From a virus: DNA of 64,000 nt. Shown one piece after another: positions 46,718 through 55,661 of this stretch (its first letter is position 1; every line of letters starts with the position of its first letter). Where the stretch lies: the IMG/VR virus record IMGVR_UViG_3300037308_000202, positions 11,159-75,158 of that record. One strand, written 5' to 3'. The notes beneath the pieces were generated by a model. It did not search any database. It saw only the letters and a program-made list of their open reading frames with translations, and was not told where the DNA came from. The translations under genes and the position numbers were made by a program.

Positions 46718-49700
46718 TTACGGCCATCCCAAACAACCGGCCGCCCTCTTCGTAGTCTGCCGGGCCGTAGCCATACGCCGCCAGCGCTTCCTGTACGCGC
46801 TCGTACGCCCAACCATCCGCGTCAGCGATCGGCTTGGTCCAATCGTAAAACTCATCCGCCCGCGCATCCTCGAGCAGGCCCACCGCGCTCGCGGCGCCCA
46901 GCGAGCGGACAAGCGCCTTGAATAGCTCGAGCTGCTTGGCTTCAGCTTCCTTGCGGGTGACCGCTCGACGCGTAACCGGCTTCTGTGTCGGTTGCGTTGG
47001 CGCCTCGAGCTTCGGTGCTTCCGGCTTCGGCGCCTCGGGCGCGGGTGGGCGCATGGCTTCCTCTACCGGCGCCACCTGGGTCGTGTACTGCAGCCGCCAT
47101 CCCGCGGGCAGCCGATGCAGCATCAGCGAGCCGCCGGCCGTCGTCACAAGGTAGCGCGACTCGGCGCGCATCGCGCCCCCACCGAAATCCTTGGCGAGCT
47201 TACGCGCCTCGCCCTCGCTCACGTCCTGCCAGCTCGCGCCGATCGGATTGCCCTCGGCTTCCTGGTGCAGGAACCGCGCACGGTCGCGCAACGCAGGCGG
47301 GAAGTCGTCGATGTGCTGGCCGGCGGTCCGATGGTACTTCGCCGCTTCGTCCAGCTCGGTCTGCGAGTAGGTGCGCTCGCTTGTGTCGTACTTGTGCCGC
47401 GCTGGTTTCTCGGGCTTGGCTTCTGGCTTGGGCGCTTCCGGCTTAGCCTCCTCGGGCTTACGCGCCACCGCCTTGCGGCGCACAACCTTGGGCTCTTTCG
47501 TGGCCACGGTCTCCGGCGCGGGCTCGGGGTTGATCGTCGTCACCGTCACCTTTTCGCCCTCCGCATTTTCCGCGTGCTCGGTCTTGGGCTCCACCGTGCC
47601 GCTCGGATCGCGCCCCATGATTTGCGCGACAATATCGCTAATTTTGATGGGCGCCTCTTGCCACTTTTTCTCCTCTTCGGTCACCGGGCGACGTTCGTTA
47701 ACCATCGCATGCAACCGATATTTCTTACGAATTAAATCGGTAATCGCCTGGTCCATGGAATTGCCGGCGATCGTAGTCCAATAAATATCAACCGCGTTTT
47801 TCTGGCCGATACGATGCGCCCGTGCTTCTGCCTGCGCGATGTCCGCCGCGGTCCACGGTAAATCGTTGAAAATAACCTTGTCAGCCGCGGTTAGCGTCAC
47901 GCCTTCGCGCGCGCTTGGGATCGTCAAAATCATTACCCGTTGGGTCGTATCCTCTGGGCGCTTGTCCGCGTGAAACAGCTTTTTCGCCGCTTCGCGCTTC
48001 TCGAAACTCTCGTCGCCCGTGTGAATTACCGACAACTCGGGCCCAAGCTCCGCGTGCATCATACGGGCAGCCGCTTTCGACTCCGTGAAAATCAGCACGT
48101 TTGATTCAGAGCCTTCGATGATTTCTTTTGCGAACGCGACCGACGCAGGCGCTTTCGCCTGGGCTAACGCAAATTTGACCTTGCCGTATTCTTCGATTGA
48201 TCGCTTGGTGAAGAAATCGACCCACTCTTGGGGATCCATATCTTCCTTCATTTCCTCCAATTCGACCTTTGCATCCTCAGCGGCTTTTTCGCCCAGCGCG
48301 ATGGCTTCCGCCTCACTCTTACCGGCTTCGAGCGCATCAGCTTTCGCAAAATATTTCGCGTTACTGATAAATTTTGCCGGCGACGTGGTGAGGTCCGGCG
48401 CCTCGTCGACCTCCTGGTGAAGAATCGACGTGTTCTTTTCGGGAAGGTCTTTCAACACCTGCTTTTTACTGCGCTGCAAGTAAAATTCACGCATCTTTTT
48501 GACGGTGCCGCCAATCGTCGTGTGCTGGATCTCCTGCGCGTTGCCAAACAGACCCGGCCGCACCAACTGCACCTGCTCAAACAACTCCCCGCGCCGATTT
48601 TTGATTGCCGTGCCCGACAACAGGATCCGGTGTGCCGATTCCTTGGCCAAGCGCTTGATAGCTTGCGTCACCTTCGCCTTTGGATTTTTCATCCGGTGCG
48701 ATTCGTCAACCACCAGCGTATCGAACCCCGCACCGTCAATGTACGGCATGAATTTTTCGATGCTCTCGTAATTGATCGATGCCAAATTCGCCGTATCAAG
48801 GCCAAGCCTCGTGCGCACCATTTTGCGCTTGTCCTCTTCGGTCGCACCCGGCATGTCCTTGTCGACCTGGCGCTTGATCTTGAGCAGCGCCGCAGAATCA
48901 AGCTCGATCGAATTGAACGAACCCGGGAAAAATCGATGGCTTTCCTCGATCCAATTACGCCGAACCATTTTCGGCACAACCGCGATCGCCCGCTTTTTCT
49001 CGGCGACCACGTAACCAAGGCACTGCGCCGTTTTGCCGAGGCCCATTTCGTCGCCAATCAACGCACGACCGTTGGTCTTCTGCAGGAAGCGCACGCCCTC
49101 ATTTTGGTAGGGGTACAGCGTGATCCCTGGGGCCAGCTTGTCCACCAGCTCGGGCAGCGGCTTTTGCAACGTCGTCTGCCGCTCTTGCTCCTGGCGCTCG
49201 GCGTCCTCGAGGCCTTCGGTAACGATCTGCCAATGCGGCGCACGCTTGCGAATTTCCTCGATCGCCTGCTTGGCGACTTCCAAATCGAAAACGTAGCGCT
49301 CCCACGTGCCGCGCTCGATACCCTTGGGATCCCAAAAAACAATTCCCTTCAATATACCAGAATCGTTTTTGAAGACTTCCGCAACCGTCTTGTCGGCGCT
49401 CTGCCGGAATTCAAACGAGCCGTCCTCTGGGTGCCAACGCATGGCGACCACATCGCGCAGCTTGCCCTGGCGCAGCGCTTCAAACACGCCGTCGACCGGG
49501 GTTTTTCCCATCGCCTTCGCGCGCTCAAGCGCGCCCGTGGCCTGCTTCGCCGCTTCCTCTTTCGCCTTTTCTGGTGACTGCGACAAAATTTCGGGTAGCT
49601 CGCCAAACTCGGTATCGGCGGGTAGTGCCTCCGCAAGCGTCGTCAAAAACTTTGCTTGGTCTTTGATTTTGTCGAAATACTCGCGCTTGAGAACAAACAC

Positions 49701-52700
49701 GCCATCGGTAAAAAACCAGCCTTGTGGCTTCAGAATATTGCGGTATAGGTGCTGCCAGGCGTCGGTCGGCAACCGACCCGACAACCGCATATTGAGCGAT
49801 CCAAATTTCGGATGAATTTCGAAGCTCATCCGATAATCGCTCACGCGATCCGCACAGCCCGCGCGGTAATAATCCTCGCCACCGATCTGGCGCTTGTATT
49901 TCTTCAACATGGCGCGCATGGCGCGCACGTCGCCCACAATCGAGGGCCAGCGGTGCATATCGAACGTATTTAAACCAACATTATCTTTGGTGGTCGGATC
50001 CATCATTTGGTGCTGCGCCAGCGCCGTGCCTTCGCGGATCAACCACTCTTTCGCCTCTTCCTCGCCCCAACGCTCCCCGGGATCCTCGCTCGCCCGGGGC
50101 GGCGCGCTTGGCGCGGGTCCGTGCTCCCCGGGCTCTTTGGCTTCCGCGTACTCGTACTGCCATTCACCGTGCGGGCCACGCCAACGCCGAACGTACTTAT
50201 GACCAGCGCGTTCCTCGCCCTCGGCCTTTTCCAGCTCGGCGTCGTCTTCGTCGTCGTCGACCTCCACGACATCATTGGCTAGCGCTTCGTCGCACGTGAG
50301 CATCTCTGCCAGCTCCGAGCCGTCGCCCGCGGACAGCCGCCCGGCTGCCTTGCGCAAGGCGTCGCGCTCGTCAAGCCAGTCGAGCGCCTTTTTCAGCGCA
50401 TGCGTTTCCTTGATCGCACTGACCAAGCGCGAAATCGCGTCATTTATGCGATCGCGTTCTTCGTCCATAGGGTACGGGTGCCCAGCCCAAGGATCGTCCG
50501 GGTCTTTTTTCATAATGTCGCGGTACGCCATCGCAAAAAAAGCCGCGGCTGCTTGACCCGAGGCAACCCCAGTCCCGTCAACCAGGTAAGCATTTGACCG
50601 ATCCTGTGTGGTCAATTGGTCCTCAGCCCACGCCTCAAAACAACGCGCAAACAATTCGGTCGGCCGCTCCCAGTATGGGGTTTTCGATGAAGCAGAGCTA
50701 AATTTTTTGCCCCAACCGCTGGTATTCATTTGGCGCGATCGCTCGAAATAACTCGATCGTTTCCAGCTATTGGATTCTTCCGATAGTGCGCGCCACTCGG
50801 CCCGCTCGCCCTGCGTCAGGTGCTCGTTTTTTGCCAACCGTCGATCCAAAACCATCATCCGCCGATATTTTTTGGCGGTTTCCAAATCCGCCCAATGGAT
50901 TAAATCCATAACCTCGGTCATCGCGTCCCGCACTTGCGGGTGTATCTGTCCGTGCGACCCATTGGACAAAAACAACTCGGCTTGGGTCGACTCTGGGTTT
51001 GCGGCTTTTGCCAAAATACTGTCAAGCGCGTGGCCATACTCATGCGCTAAACAGCCACCGCCGGCAAATTTCGTCAAATTGATAATTTCGCCGTCGGATT
51101 CGTAATGCGCCGACCCACCCAAAAATCCGGTGCCGCGCCCACCAAACGAAATTGACAGGCGACCATTCAAGCTCACCGCCTCATCCGGCAACCCAACAAT
51201 GTCGGCCAAATCGAAAAGCGCACCGTGCGCGGCCTTCAAGTGGGTAGCAGCGTCGTCGTCGGAAACCCAATCGCCAAATTGAACATTTTTCAACCGAAAC
51301 GCTTTTGCCAGCTCTTTTTCGTCGGCCATTGGCACATCGCGTCCGCCCACACGTTCCACGCGACCGGTCATTTGCCGTTGCCAACGGAACCGCTTTAGTC
51401 GGCCCACCGCGCGCTGCTTGCCTTCAAGTAGCGCAAACATTTGGGTTTCTTGTTCGTTTGCCGCTACCTCTTCACGCTGCCATGCCCTAGCCTGCCGATA
51501 GGCGTCTTGTAGGCCTTTCGGCCCTGTTACTACACCATGCGGCGTAGCAACTGCCTTGACCATGCGCTCACCTAACGCCGATAGCTGCAGAGCGTATGGG
51601 TTTTCACGTAACTGCTCTAACTGCCGGCTCGTCGCGTTAAAACCCGCATATACGGTATACCCATGGCTTTGGTTTAACTCGATTTTTATATCGCGGCCCA
51701 TTAAATCAGGCATCGCAATTTTCCAACCACGATAGCCATAATCATCGCCTGCCGCGTCGGCGTACTCGCTCCTAATTTCGCGAATAGCCCCGTCGCGCTT
51801 CGCCCATTCCTTCAACTGGCTATCGTTGTCAACCGCCGCCATCATCCGTTTTTCGATTATACGCGCCTTTGTCACACCTTCGGCGGTAAGCTCGGCACGT
51901 ACCTTGCTCAGGATTTCAATACGTCGTGTGTACTGCTTGTTATGGATATCCTGTGCTTCTTTTTTTAACGCGGCATATTCGTCATATGTGATATTTAGAG
52001 GCATACCACGCCGTAACATTTCCGCATCACGCGCGCGAAATAGCGATTCCTCCGTAACGTTTTGTCTTACGGCTTTAAACCCCAAAACCAAATAATGCCA
52101 TTCAGTCAAAAACGCTTCAAAATCTTCGTGGGTGCGTATGTGCTCATACGAACGCGCAAGAAAATCGATCCCATTCATATACAATTGTCGCGCCGCCAAA
52201 CTGTCCGGCGGCTCAGGTGCGATCAACCGTTCAACTGCCGAACGCATCAAAATTGCCCCCGGCGACCAACCTTGCCCTAACAAATCCTCGGGCTCCCACG
52301 CTGGCAACAATTTCGATTTTTTGCAAAAACGCTTTTGCTGGATCGGCGTCAACGCCGCCAAATCGGACGCAGATCGCGGCTCAGCAAGATCGGCACGCGA
52401 TCCGTAAACGTGCTCGCCGACCTCGACGTGCTTTCGGCGCGAGCCCTTGCCGCGCTTGCTCGGCTCCGCGGGCGCCTCCAGCGTCGGCAGGGCCGCGGGC
52501 TCGTCTGTCTCTTGTGGCGTGGCGTCGGTATCCACGTCGGGCTCGGCGTCGTGCGCCTCGGCGTTGGTGTCGGTGTGCAACGGCGTCGCCTCGATCGGCG
52601 TTTCTGGCGTCTCGGTCGTGGGCTCTTTGGTTGGTTCCTCCGGTACATGCTCGGCTTGCGCCGTAAACGAAAAGCCCAACTGTTGCGGCTCTTGCGGTTT

Positions 52701-55208
52701 CGACGCCGTTTTCGGCACTGGATCCGCGGCCACCGGTTCGGCGTACTGTTCGACGATTTGCACCTCGAGCGCTTGGCGCGTCATCCGCTCCCACTGGTAC
52801 AGGTGCATCGGCGTGCCGCGCTTGGTCTCCGCCGTCGTCTTCTGCTCCGCCTTCACCCGCTCGAGCAGCTCCCCGAGGTACCACGGCGGGCGCTCAGATA
52901 GGTCAGCCACGATTTGGCCCTCGTCGGCCTTTGGAACGCTCCGCAGCTCAACCTCGGGTTGGGACGTGGGCTTGGCTTGCTGCGCCTCACCCTGGGCCAG
53001 CGAGGGCGTGTCCTCGGCGTACTCGTAGTGCCACTCGCCGCCTTTGCCCCGCCACCGCTTGAGGTACTTGTGCCCGGGCCGCTCGAGGCCTTCACCGCCG
53101 GCCTTCTCCAAGCCGTCCTCGTCCTCGCCATCCTCGAACGCCTTGCGCAAGCCACCGCCCGCATGGGCAACTACCTCGAAGGTCGCACGCGCCCATTCAG
53201 GCAACGATCGCGGGCCTTTGGTCACGTATTTTGAAAATACTTCAGCAAAATACTCGCTCGCGTTATTCCCGCCATAAAACGAAACAAATGGCGAAACCAT
53301 CGGATGGTCCACCATATTTTCGAAAAACTCCTCTACCCAATGGCGTGGAACCGTATGCGTCGCAAATTCGAACGAATCAAAATTATCCGCGACCTGTTCA
53401 GCACCATAAACACCGCTCGCCCGTAAACGCGCCTGCATTGCAGGAACATTTATTTCGTCTGCGTCAGGATCAATAACTGCGTCGCGCAGAGCATGAATTT
53501 CTGAAGCGTTCAGTTTCGTACTACGATTAGCGATTTCTGTTACCCAAATCTCACGCGCGTGAGCAGGCAAATTACGATAATAAAATCGGTGCCCCACCTC
53601 GTGCGCTAAAACCCCCGTAGTTACCGGGCCGCGACAGTTACTAAACGCGGCCGTGTGCAGCATTATCTCACCGCTTTTTTCCTGACCTTCGCCTTTGACA
53701 CTAACAACATGGTATTGACCCGCCGCACCGTATTTAGACAGCGGATTGAATTTGATTTTTCTACCGCGTAAATGAATCGTAAGATCCTTTACCGCCCCAG
53801 AGAAACCGGCTTTATTTACCGCGTCAAGCTCACGCCGAATTTGCGCCAGACTGTCCGAAACTGGCCTAATTTTTTCGTCCAAGCTCGCCGACCGGTGTAC
53901 TACTACTTTCACATCCCCCGCGCGCGTCTGCTCTATGGGCGCATCGATTATTTCTAGCTCATGCTCAGCATTAGCCATTTGGGTGGCCCGGTAATCCACC
54001 AAGGCCAAGCTTAGCCAGTCCTGCATTTCAGCGATTTTTTTATTCGCATGAGCCGCTAGACGCTTTTTCGTCTCAGGGGCATCGACTTGCACGATTTTGG
54101 TGTACCACTGTTGAAGCGCGTTTGGCTTTTCCTCCCTGTGGATCATGTACCAGCCATCATATAAATCGCTCATAATGGCTCGCGCTTTTTCCAATTCCTC
54201 ACGCGCCTTTTCAGCGGTTAATTTTCCCGGGTGATCCTCCTCATGCGTTGCTTGGCGGGTTTCCTCGTTAATTACATTACCAAGCGCGTCGAACCACTCT
54301 TTCGCAGACTTGAAGCGGTTATGCAGAATATCGCGATCCCGCTTCCAATCATAATCCGGGCTTTTTACAGCCGAAATCAACTCGCGTAACTCAGTTACCG
54401 CGTGCCCAACCACCTCCTGCAAAACACCCCATTGCACGTGGCCAGGCATCAACTTGTGTGGGTCGTAAATCCGCCTGATTTTGTCATCCCGTGCTAGGAT
54501 TTTGTCGAGCTGCTTTTTCTCCAAACCCTGGTAACGCGCATCCATTGCTTGGCGAGCAATTTCGTTAAACTGCTGGTAATGCGTGCGCGCAAACGCCTGG
54601 TGCAGAAACCCCTCGCTTACCTGCAGCTCGTGGCCTGTCTCGTCGTGGCGCACGGTCAGCATGCGCTCGCCGTTGGGCGCCTTTGATTCACCCAGGACCT
54701 CAAAATGGCCCATTTTCCCCTTGTGCTCGACGCGCACCTTGTCGCCGACTTTGTACGCCGCCGTGGTGTTGTCATGCGTCAGATCGTAAGCGTAGGCGTA
54801 TTTCGGGGGCGGGCTCGAATTGTTCCAACGACGCAGGTATTTGTGGCCAGCGCCTTTTTCGAGAAAATCGCTCGCCAGCAAACTGTCGAGCCAAACCTCT
54901 TCCTCACCCAAATCCGCGTCAAGGCTTTTGACCGCAAAATCCAGCGAAGTCGAATGGCCGCGGTCCGATAATACGGCCTCAATTTCGCGCGTCATCAAGC
55001 CCATTAACCGGGTGTATTCATCCTGCGCGATCGCCGCCATCTCCCGCATTGCGGGGTATTTCAGCGTGTGTTCTTTTTTCGGCAATGCCTTGTAAAGCGC
55101 ATCCGCGAGATCCGGCGCCTCGGCCTGCAGCCGAAACGACAACGTTTCAACAAATCGCGTGGATTTTTCAGTCAATTCGCCGGGCTTCGCTTCGATACGA
55201 ATACGCAT
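46674..55208 (-). CDS. Giant polyvalent protein (2844 aa): zincin metallopeptidase + LPD1-like + SNF2/SMARCAL1-like helicase
   Basis: HEVGH...SEYFAE (53589-53603); VQFGDW...ALFDLAD..G...SLNGRL...HEYGHALD...YW..PTELFARCFE (LPD1-like); LYPYQ, DEMGLGKT, DESH, SGTAIKNR, QAEARAHRIGQ (SNF2). Confidence 0.88.
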   Translation of the reverse strand: MRIRIEAKPGELTEKSTRFVETLSFRLQAEAPDLADALYKALPKKEHTLKYPAMREMAAIAQDEYTRLMGLMTREIEAVLSDRGHSTSLDFAVKSLDADLGEEEVWLDSLLASDFLEKGAGHKYLRRWNNSSPPPKYAYAYDLTHDNTTAAYKVGDKVRVEHKGKMGHFEVLGESKAPNGERMLTVRHDETGHELQVSEGFLHQAFARTHYQQFNEIARQAMDARYQGLEKKQLDKILARDDKIRRIYDPHKLMPGHVQWGVLQEVVGHAVTELRELISAVKSPDYDWKRDRDILHNRFKSAKEWFDALGNVINEETRQATHEEDHPGKLTAEKAREELEKARAIMSDLYDGWYMIHREEKPNALQQWYTKIVQVDAPETKKRLAAHANKKIAEMQDWLSLALVDYRATQMANAEHELEIIDAPIEQTRAGDVKVVVHRSASLDEKIRPVSDSLAQIRRELDAVNKAGFSGAVKDLTIHLRGRKIKFNPLSKYGAAGQYHVVSVKGEGQEKSGEIMLHTAAFSNCRGPVTTGVLAHEVGHRFYYRNLPAHAREIWVTEIANRSTKLNASEIHALRDAVIDPDADEINVPAMQARLRASGVYGAEQVADNFDSFEFATHTVPRHWVEEFFENMVDHPMVSPFVSFYGGNNASEYFAEVFSKYVTKGPRSLPEWARATFEVVAHAGGGLRKAFEDGEDEDGLEKAGGEGLERPGHKYLKRWRGKGGEWHYEYAEDTPSLAQGEAQQAKPTSQPEVELRSVPKADEGQIVADLSERPPWYLGELLERVKAEQKTTAETKRGTPMHLYQWERMTRQALEVQIVEQYAEPVAADPVPKTASKPQEPQQLGFSFTAQAEHVPEEPTKEPTTETPETPIEATPLHTDTNAEAHDAEPDVDTDATPQETDEPAALPTLEAPAEPSKRGKGSRRKHVEVGEHVYGSRADLAEPRSASDLAALTPIQQKRFCKKSKLLPAWEPEDLLGQGWSPGAILMRSAVERLIAPEPPDSLAARQLYMNGIDFLARSYEHIRTHEDFEAFLTEWHYLVLGFKAVRQNVTEESLFRARDAEMLRRGMPLNITYDEYAALKKEAQDIHNKQYTRRIEILSKVRAELTAEGVTKARIIEKRMMAAVDNDSQLKEWAKRDGAIREIRSEYADAAGDDYGYRGWKIAMPDLMGRDIKIELNQSHGYTVYAGFNATSRQLEQLRENPYALQLSALGERMVKAVATPHGVVTGPKGLQDAYRQARAWQREEVAANEQETQMFALLEGKQRAVGRLKRFRWQRQMTGRVERVGGRDVPMADEKELAKAFRLKNVQFGDWVSDDDAATHLKAAHGALFDLADIVGLPDEAVSLNGRLSISFGGRGTGFLGGSAHYESDGEIINLTKFAGGGCLAHEYGHALDSILAKAANPESTQAELFLSNGSHGQIHPQVRDAMTEVMDLIHWADLETAKKYRRMMVLDRRLAKNEHLTQGERAEWRALSEESNSWKRSSYFERSRQMNTSGWGKKFSSASSKTPYWERPTELFARCFEAWAEDQLTTQDRSNAYLVDGTGVASGQAAAAFFAMAYRDIMKKDPDDPWAGHPYPMDEERDRINDAISRLVSAIKETHALKKALDWLDERDALRKAAGRLSAGDGSELAEMLTCDEALANDVVEVDDDEDDAELEKAEGEERAGHKYVRRWRGPHGEWQYEYAEAKEPGEHGPAPSAPPRASEDPGERWGEEEAKEWLIREGTALAQHQMMDPTTKDNVGLNTFDMHRWPSIVGDVRAMRAMLKKYKRQIGGEDYYRAGCADRVSDYRMSFEIHPKFGSLNMRLSGRLPTDAWQHLYRNILKPQGWFFTDGVFVLKREYFDKIKDQAKFLTTLAEALPADTEFGELPEILSQSPEKAKEEAAKQATGALERAKAMGKTPVDGVFEALRQGKLRDVVAMRWHPEDGSFEFRQSADKTVAEVFKNDSGILKGIVFWDPKGIERGTWERYVFDLEVAKQAIEEIRKRAPHWQIVTEGLEDAERQEQERQTTLQKPLPELVDKLAPGITLYPYQNEGVRFLQKTNGRALIGDEMGLGKTAQCLGYVVAEKKRAIAVVPKMVRRNWIEESHRFFPGSFNSIELDSAALLKIKRQVDKDMPGATEEDKRKMVRTRLGLDTANLASINYESIEKFMPYIDGAGFDTLVVDESHRMKNPKAKVTQAIKRLAKESAHRILLSGTAIKNRRGELFEQVQLVRPGLFGNAQEIQHTTIGGTVKKMREFYLQRSKKQVLKDLPEKNTSILHQEVDEAPDLTTSPAKFISNAKYFAKADALEAGKSEAEAIALGEKAAEDAKVELEEMKEDMDPQEWVDFFTKRSIEEYGKVKFALAQAKAPASVAFAKEIIEGSESNVLIFTESKAAARMMHAELGPELSVIHTGDESFEKREAAKKLFHADKRPEDTTQRVMILTIPSAREGVTLTAADKVIFNDLPWTAADIAQAEARAHRIGQKNAVDIYWTTIAGNSMDQAITDLIRKKYRLHAMVNERRPVTEEEKKWQEAPIKISDIVAQIMGRDPSGTVEPKTEHAENAEGEKVTVTTINPEPAPETVATKEPKVVRRKAVARKPEEAKPEAPKPEAKPEKPARHKYDTSERTYSQTELDEAAKYHRTAGQHIDDFPPALRDRARFLHQEAEGNPIGASWQDVSEGEARKLAKDFGGGAMRAESRYLVTTAGGSLMLHRLPAGWRLQYTTQVAPVEEAMRPPAPEAPKPEAPKLEAPTQPTQKPVTRRAVTRKEAEAKQLELFKALVRSLGAASAVGLLEDARADEFYDWTKPIADADGWAYERVQEALAAYGYGPADYEEGGRLFGMAVNELLDLARKLRSVD

Positions 55209-55250
55209 TGCCTTGTCCTTTTACGTTTTGCCGCTGCGCCGCTGCTCAAA

Positions 55251-55646
55251 TTACGCCGTGGGATCGCCCCAAACAACGTACAGGCCGATCAGCGCGTCCG
55301 TGGTGCTGGTGTTCTGCACCTCCACACCGGTCAGCGGGCCTTCGAAAAACAGCTTGGCCGCAGCCGCTTCGGGCGCGGGCTCGAGCGGGATTGACTGCAC
55401 GCCGCCGTTTAGGCGCACCAGGCACACGGCGTTGACCTCGAGATACAGCCCGCGCACGTCGGCCACGTCGCCAAACGTCAGCGTTTCAATCGCGCTCGGC
55501 TCAACCGCGAGCATCGATCCGGCGGATTTTTCCAGCGAGTCAATTACGACTTGATCCGAAACCTCGTCGGACCAATATAATTTTCGCTGGCCTTCGGTAT
55601 CGCGGGAAATTTGAAGAGTGACAACGTGCTTGACTCGGATCGCCAT
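55251..55646 (-). CDS. Hypothetical beta-rich protein downstream of the portal
   Basis: 131 aa; AGGAGG upstream. Confidence 0.6.
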   Translation of the reverse strand: MAIRVKHVVTLQISRDTEGQRKLYWSDEVSDQVVIDSLEKSAGSMLAVEPSAIETLTFGDVADVRGLYLEVNAVCLVRLNGGVQSIPLEPAPEAAAAKLFFEGPLTGVEVQNTSTTDALIGLYVVWGDPTA

Positions 55647-55661
55647 AAAACCTCCTGCGTT

